Below are positions 53,063-64,000 of a stretch of 64,000 bases of DNA, piece by piece; the stretch's first letter is position 1, and the number at the start of each line of letters is the position of its first letter. The stretch lies in NCBI GenBank assembly GCA_951406725.2, contig OX597829.1, forward strand, positions 26,288,001 through 26,352,000. Direction: 5' to 3'. The stretch is from Octopus vulgaris (lineage: Eukaryota). The translations under genes were made by a program, and so were the position numbers. The notes under the pieces were generated by a model that was given only the letters and a program-made list of their open reading frames with translations, searched no databases and was not told where the DNA came from.

Positions 53063-53099
53063 CTTTTAACGTTTCGAGCCTACGCTCTTCAACAGAAAG
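53063..53099 (-). ncRNA. Minimal hammerhead-like motif in a PLE 3' end (A6>U)
   Basis: CTTT-CTGTTGA-A-GAGC(GTAG)GCTC-GAAA-CGT-TA-AAAG. Confidence 0.58.
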
Positions 53100-53349
53100 G
53101 AATACGATAAAAGTTCAGAAAGTTAAAGAACTCCAAGAAGTTCAAAAGTCGTGGTAGATCGGAGCGATTTACATCAACGAAAATATCCTACTAAAATCCG
53201 TGAAGGTAAAGTCAGAAGATCCAGTGGTAATCCGGGTGGAGTGCTGGTATGTAGATGAGAAGTTATGATAGTTCGGAAAGTGGTTCAGGTATGCAAGCTC
53301 AAAGAGTAGGAAGTTCAGTCAGGATCAAACTGGTGTGTGTGTGTGTGTG

Positions 53350-53695
53350 CAGGCGTGGCTGTGTGGTAAGATTTTTGCTTCCCAATCACATGGCTCCTAG
53401 TTCAGTCCTACTATGTGGCACCTTGGGCAAGTGTCTTCAATAGCCTCGGGCCAACCAAAGCCTTATGAGTGGATTTGGTAGACGGAACTGAAAGAAGTCT
53501 GCATGTGTGTGTGTGCGCGCGCACGTGCGTGCGTGCGTCTGTGTGTGTGTGTGTGTGTTTGTCGCCCACCGCCGCTTGATAACCAGTGTTGGTGCGTTTG
53601 CATCCCCGTAACTTAGCGGTTCGGCAAAAGAGACCGATAAAATAAGTATCAAGCTTAAAAAATATGTACCAGGGTCGATTCACTCGACTAAAAAA
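53350..53695 (+). mobile_element. Main tRNA-derived SINE, 3'-truncated
   Basis: Matches 63483-63938. Confidence 0.82.
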
Positions 53696-53995
53696 TAGTT
53701 CAGCGTAAGTATTTTCTTTTTCGCTGATCTTTATCTTTATGTTAACAACCGCTGGGCAGTTGATTGCCACAACTGTACACAGTTTCTCTTCTCTATCCTA
53801 AATCATTGTATCAGGTCTATTGTGTTCACATTTTGAGGTCTTTACTAGGACATTCCACGAGTACTCCCTTTTATTATGAGTGGTGATGATTCGACCATAC
53901 TGTGGGTTCTTATTTCTTTGTCCTCGGGGTTATCCTTCCGACAGATTTCATTATAGAGTGTCCTAGCTCCAACATCATGTCTCATCGGTCTCATC
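53696..53995 (-). mobile_element. R4/NeSL-like RLE retrotransposon fragment
   Basis: MRHDVGARTLYNEIC; SWNVLVKTSKCEHNRPDTMI...AINCP...KISEKENTYAEL. Confidence 0.65.
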
Positions 53996-54026
<31 letters not shown>

Positions 54027-54234
54027 TGTATGTATGTATGTATGTATGTATGTATGTATGTATGTATGTATGTATGTATGTATGTATGTACGTATGCATG
54101 TATGTTTATATATGTAAATATACATACATACATATATACATATATATACATGTGTATATGTATGTATATATGTGTCTATGCAAACATACATAAATATATA
54201 CATACACACACATACACACACATACATAATACAT

Positions 54235-55095
54235 TATTATGGCTGCCCCCTCGTTATCGAGTATGGCCATTGCACGAAGCTTAACTGTTACTGGTGCTGT
54301 GATCGAATGTGACTTTTTAACCCAGCTAAAGATCTACAATGTCTTGTACAAAATTGGCAACAAAAACCTTTACTAGTAATATCCGACTGTAGTTGTAACT
54401 GGTACATGAAGTACCTTTACATGTCGTTTAAGTCCTCCTGCCGAATTACATTATCTTCTACATGCCCGACAGATATGATTAGTATGGTGTGTAACACCAC
54501 CACCAGTGGCCAGGTTGTCACTCATTTGTCTCGTTTTATGACTACGAAGATGACTCATGAGTCCAGCTTTATTGAGGCAGGGTCTTGCACAGACATTGCA
54601 TATCAGAATCAAAGGAAGACCCTTCCCTTCTGGAAGTGTAACAGCGATGCCCTTCCTGACATCCCTCCTTACTTTCTCATGTGCAACTCGAGATTTCTCA
54701 AAAGTGGCTGTCCCCTCATGCACAATCCTTCTCTACCAGCTACGATCAATAGCTATGCCTTCCCATGTGTCAGGAGAGATGCAAGCATCTCTTAAGGAAG
54801 CCTTCAGCAAGTCCTTATACCTCTTTTTTGGTTTATGTGGAGGTCGTTCTCCTTTACCTAACTCTCCATAAAAGAGTTGTTTTGGCATCCTTGAATCCTC
54901 CATCTGAGCCACTCCATCTGAGCCTTTGCTTTAACACAAGAGCTTCTATACTTTCACACCGAGAGCCTTCCAATATTTCAAGATCACTGATGCGGTCCTT
55001 CCACTTAATGCCATTGATCCGTCTGAGGCACATCTGATGGAAACGTTCCAGTTGTTTAAGGTGGTATCGATATATGACCCACGTCTCGCAGGCAT
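54235..55095 (-). mobile_element. RTE-clade LINE 3' end (short tail copy also at 12141-12243, plus)
   Basis: YACETW, LERFHQMCLRRI, RLRWSG, C-terminal CNVC...LMSHLRSH. Confidence 0.85.
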
Positions 55096-55318
55096 ATATA
55101 CATACACACATACATACATACATACATACATACATACATACATACATACATACATACATACATACATTCATACGTACGTACATACATACATACATACATG
55201 CATACATACATACATACATACATACATACATACATACATACATACATGCATGCATGCATGCATACATACATATATACATACATACATACATGCATGCATA
55301 CATACATACATACATACA

Positions 55319-55418
<100 letters not shown>

Positions 55419-55719
55419 TAAGGTGAGTTATGAGAATTTATAGAACAATTATCCCATAGAAAATCAGGAAACTGTTAAAGGTGTAGAAAAGAAGATGTTA
55501 AAAATTTTAAAAGAATTTTAATCCATGCATACGATCGTTTAGAACACCAATAGTAACATGTAAATAACATGGTAGAAAAATTAGAAATTAATTAAATTTA
55601 AAATAAATTACATATTACTGTTTTCCTCAGTGTGAAAAAAATACATAAAAATAATATTATTATTTATGTTATATATATATATATATTTATGTTATATATA
55701 TATATATATATACACACAT

Positions 55720-55779
<60 letters not shown>

Positions 55780-55789
55780 TAATAATAAT

Positions 55790-57810
55790 TTAATAAAAAT
55801 AAAGTAAAATGTACGGTTACTCACCAATAATGAATGATATTGATTTAAGGTAATGATAAAGAAAATAATGAAGATAATGACTGCAAAGCAAAGATTAAAG
55901 CTCTTCGGGTGACGCCTCTTCATTAAGTATTTTAGATGTCGTATCTTCCTTCGTTACTTTCTTGGTGGGTTTGAGGAAGTGATGAGAAGTTACTGTCACT
56001 GTTTCTCCATGGTGGAGAGGAAAGTTTTATATGTCTGCATGGACGCATCGATGTAATTTTTAAATTGGAGAGGCTGAACGTCTTCCCTTGCAATTCCTTT
56101 GCTGACCTTAAAAGGTTGGACAGACGTTCGATTGTCAGGCCCACCTCATTCTCTGGATCTGGCGCTTCCTCCTCTTCCCTAGCAGATTTAGTTAACTCCA
56201 ACAAATATTCGTTTGTCAGGGTTTCAGAGTGGGTATCGATAAGAATGTTGACCTCATCTTGCATGACGTCATCAAAACCTTTGCCTCCAGGTACCTTTGC
56301 CAGTTTCACCGCATTGTTGACAGCCTCGTGCTGAATATCTTCAGGTGTGAAGACCCCGTAGTCCTGGACACATTCTGGCCTCACCTTCTTTCAGCAAGCG
56401 ATGAGGGCTTCCTTTTTTCATGTCTTTAAGAGTAGCATCGATGACTGACAGGCATGTTGCGATCGTGAAGTTACGCCAGTACTCCTTTAACTTGAAATTC
56501 TCGTTCGAATCCATTGTGTCCACAAGGTGTTGGAAAGAGATCCGATTGTAAAGTGTCTTGAAAGCACGAATCACGCCTGGATGAGGGAGATGGTGTTAGC
56601 AGAGAGGAACTCGACTTGGACCCCCTCATGATTCAAATACAAAGAGTGACCACCAGCATTATCCATAACCAGCAACACCTTGAATTCCATGCATACGTTT
56701 TGGAGGTACTCCTTGGCTTGAGAGATGAAGCATTGGTGGAACCAATTCAAAGTAAGACTTTTGATTATCCAGGCCTTGCAGTTGTGCATCCAGTAGACAG
56801 GCAGAAGGTTTTTATTCTTATTTTTGGAGGCCCTCGGGTTCGCGGACTTGTAGATAAGTCCTGGTTTCATCATGAAGCCAGCAGCATTGCCACACATAAT
56901 TAGCGTCGCCTCTGTGCCTTAAATCCCGGGGCTCTGACTTCGTCCTTCATGATGTAGGTTCTGGAAGGTATCTTCTTCCAGAACAAGCCAGTCTCGTCCA
57001 TATTGAAAACCTGTCCCGGCTTGTATCTCTTGTCCTCGATGATCTTCCTGAAGGTCTCAAGGTACTTCTCGGCGGCTTTTTTATCGGCTGATGCTGTCTC
57101 TCCATACAGGGAAACACACTTTATTTTAAACCGTTTCTGGAAACGGCCAAACCATCCCTTGCTGGCTTGAAAATCTTTGGGCTCCAGTGCTATCAATGGT
57201 TTTGGTTGTAGTTCTTCGATGCCTTCTGCTCCCTCTCTTCTGTCGAATTTCCGCACTTTCTCGCGGATGATGTTATTATTTAAGAGAATGTTTTTCTTCT
57301 TGCAGTTACTAGTCCACATTGCCAAGGTAGATTCCATCCTGTAGATTCTCACTGTTGTTATCTTTTTGGCACTTTCACAGAAACTTACTGCTACGGTAGA
57401 CCTGATCGCTACCTCGTTCTTCTCTATGTAGTGTATAGTGCTTTCGTTGACATCATAACAGCGACCTACTGCAGGATAACTTTTACTTTCCTGGAACATA
57501 ACCAGCAGTTGTACCTTCTCATGGGGCATCACACCCTTTTTCTGGCGCTTAGGTTCACTGTCAGAAGCCTTAGAAAGTGTAAGCTGTTTGGACGGTATCT
57601 TAGGGCGTTAATAACACGGTGCGAAAAATACAGCCCTTGACAAAATACTCGAGATAGCTACTGGACACAGTTTTGCAAAAAAAAAAAAAAATCCTACAAC
57701 ATCTTCCTTTTGTCTAATATGCGCATACCACCAATGGGAGATTGGACAGAGCTTAAAAATAATCATAGTTTTGAATAATTTAGTTTGTATTATCACTAGA
57801 TACAGTAATC

Positions 57811-57888
<78 letters not shown>

Positions 57889-57904
57889 GCAAAAGTCAAA
57901 CATA

Positions 57905-57976
<72 letters not shown>

Positions 57977-58141
57977 GCGAGAGAGAGAGAAGTTTCCACG
58001 AAAGAAGTCATAAAAAATTGTGGACGCTATTTACGATTCTGCGAATATGCAGTGGTTACTGCGAACAATTATTCGTTCCGCGAATAACTGGGACCGCGAA
58101 TGCCGAACTGCGAATAAGTGGGGGGAGAGGGGATGACAGTG
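55790..58141 (-). mobile_element. Tigger/pogo DNA transposon, frameshifted transposase (55932-57610)
   Basis: VNESTI, FQASKGWFGRFQKRF, VFNMDETGLFWKK, LLVMDNAGGH; TIR-like end with ATTCGC subrepeats at ~58030-58141. Confidence 0.9.
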
Positions 58142-58273
58142 TACACACACACACACACACACAAATACGGGACACTTGTATTTGCTGCAACATTTGCAGC
58201 TTTAAATAAATCTGTTCTTCGTATGAAACAATTGTACTGAACAACTAATCCATTCTTGTTGCTTTTTTCTTGT

Positions 58274-58346
<73 letters not shown>

Positions 58347-59499
58347 CATGTATGTATGTTTGTATGAATGTATGTATGTATGTATGGTAACTGGAAGACA
58401 GAAGATGAAAGGTACGAGAATTTGTATTAATGACGACAATTATTTCGACACATCTAAACTCGATCCCTCGCGCGGGGCGTGGGGGGGGGATGGTTATTAA
58501 CATCTGGTTCGGGAGTTTCCGACGGTGCTAATGTATCTCTTCGGGTGATAAATAGATGTTAAAATAACAGTTCCGTAATGTATCTTCTCATTTTATGTAA
58601 AGAAAAACAAACAAATTAAAGGATCATTTATATGGAAGATGAAAAAATAAAATAACATAAGCTAAAAATAAACGAACAAGTAATACAGTGAGAAATGTAT
58701 TACAAATAACCGTTGACGGATATAGATGTATAAGCGCTGCATGTCGCATATACACTCGCTCATACAAGCATCCACGAAGATGTAAACATACGCACATATG
58801 TGGCTTGGTGCACATAAGTTCACATAGTGAGTTTAATAGCTACTTGGGAAGTTAAAACCAAACTTAATTCATACCTTAAAGTAAATTATGTTAACAGTCA
58901 CTCAAATTCATTCCCACTACTTTGCGCGAAAGTATATTTATATGCATGTAGGCATCTTGAGAGTCTTTCAGAAATTCTAATAATGATCTTCTCATTTGCC
59001 CACAGAATAGACAGGGATTCCTCGGAGTAGAGTTGGCATCTCCTGGAAATTATATTATATGGCTTTGCGTTAGTTAGTATGGACCAAGTTATGCAATGCA
59101 TACATGCATACATACTTCCAAAGGTAGTGCCCCAGCATGACCGCAGCTTTAAAAGTGAAACAAATTAAAGAGTTTAATTATCAAATTTATCATTTGGAAT
59201 ATCATTGTTCGTCTCCATTTTGGGTTAAAAACACGAAAACTCACGTAAAATCAACGAAAACTTTAGTAAACGAAAAGAAAAAAAAAGACATTAGGGGGAA
59301 TAACTCTTAGATTATCTCCCTTGGATTTGACAGTTTATTAGAAATTGAAATTCATTCAAATTGCTATAGATGTATACACATACATGCAATAATGTCTAAC
59401 CTGCATAACATTTTACAATTTTAAAATTCGTTCATATTTACATATATGTGTACCTGCTTGCTAAATGTTTATCACATGTTATGGCATCAAAATTCTATA

Positions 59500-62776
<3,277 letters not shown>

Positions 62777-63109
62777 TAACACACTGCCTGAATACCAATC
62801 TTGAGTAATTAGGCTTCTCAAAACGGAGAAAGCTGATTCGAAGATTACAGATCCAAACCATCACTGGAACCGTAAAAATCAATAACATTTTCCAGAAGTT
62901 TATCATCTAAATATCTATGAGCATGTCTAGGAATGCAAGTATATGCATGAGAATACATACATAAAATAAAACATAGAAATCTTTACGTATACATACATAC
63001 AAAAATACTCTGTTAATGTTGTTGAGATTCCACTGAAGGAACCTTGAATTTAAGTTAGAAATCTTGAAATAAGACTGAATAAAGACATGCATACGTACGT
63101 ACGTACACA

Positions 63110-63151
<42 letters not shown>

Positions 63152-63158
63152 CACACAC

Positions 63159-63211
<53 letters not shown>

Positions 63212-63318
63212 ACAAAAATCGGTCTTGCCAGCTATCAGAGGCGCCAACATGAATGAGGAAGTACAAAGATAAAGAATTACTCGGAAACGACGAGGAGGCG
63301 ACGACGATTTTTTTGCGT

Positions 63319-63362
<44 letters not shown>

Positions 63363-63482
63363 GTGTGTGTGTGTGTGTCTGTGTCTGTACGTGCGCGTAC
63401 GTGTGTGTACACAACAGCAACAATAATAATAATGTAGCTCTGCTTAATAATAATAATAATAATAATAATAATTATATATATA

Positions 63483-63639
63483 TGAGTGGCTGCGTGGTAA
63501 GTAGCTTGCTTACCAACCACATGGCTCCGGGTTCAGTTCCACGCTATGGCACCTTGGGCAAGTGTCTTCTACTGTAGCCTTGGGTCGACCAAAGCCTTGT
63601 GAGTGGATTTGGTTGACGGAAACTGAAAGAAGCCCGTCG

Positions 63640-63703
<64 letters not shown>

Positions 63704-63938
63704 GTGCGCGCGCGTATGTGTGTGCGCGCGCGTATGTGCGTGTGTGTGTGTCTATGTTTGTCCCCCATCATCGCTTGACAACCGATGTTGGTGAGTTTAC
63801 GTCCCCGTAAATTAGCGGTTCGGCAAAAAAGACCGATAAACAAAGTACTAGGCTTACAAAGAATAAATCCTGGGGTCGATTTGCTCGGCTAAAGGCGCTG
63901 CTGCGGCAGTCATATGACTGAAACAAATTAAAGAATAA
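63483..63938 (+). mobile_element. Main tRNA-derived SINE, complete, with internal microsatellite
   Basis: A box TGGCTGCGTGG, B box GGTTCAGTTCC, CORE-like CCTTGGGCAAGT, (TA)(TG) tract, tail ATGACTGAAACAA. Confidence 0.88.
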
Positions 63939-64000
63939 ATACATACATATATATCATTTATTTATTTAAAGGTCACAGTACATGCATTTAAGGAAAATAT

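Noticed and set aside
55932-57532. Domesticated TIGD/CENP-B-like host gene
   Set aside because: Multiple stops and frameshifts plus a retained TIR-like end indicate a dead transposon.

Overview
AT-rich, microsatellite-dense animal genomic DNA. The SINE/RTE repertoire looks like an octopus-type cephalopod genome, which is inference from repeat recognition only. Nearly all of the window is decayed mobile DNA: RTE, CR1-like and Tx1/L1 LINEs, HERO- and R4-like restriction-like-endonuclease (RLE) fragments, many Penelope-like elements (PLEs), maT, mariner and Tigger transposons, non-autonomous Helitrons, a Gypsy element and tRNA-derived SINEs. No intact multi-exon gene can be assembled; the best host signal is a minus-strand first coding exon at 19816-19902. 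Most ORF-track entries are microsatellite artefacts. Four observations stand out. (1) A diverged 9-unit, ~191-bp tandem array begins about 120 bp inside the putative intron 1. (2) About 15 hammerhead-ribozyme (HHR) motifs mark PLE 3' ends, including G3:C8 and U3:A8 core variants, and many lie in head-to-head fold-back palindromes in (TA)n. (3) A pre-tRNA-Gln is fused through its Pol III U-tract to an RTE LINE tail. (4) A Tx1-like LINE sits twice in (TATC)n. All calls were made by eye, and most element boundaries are approximate.
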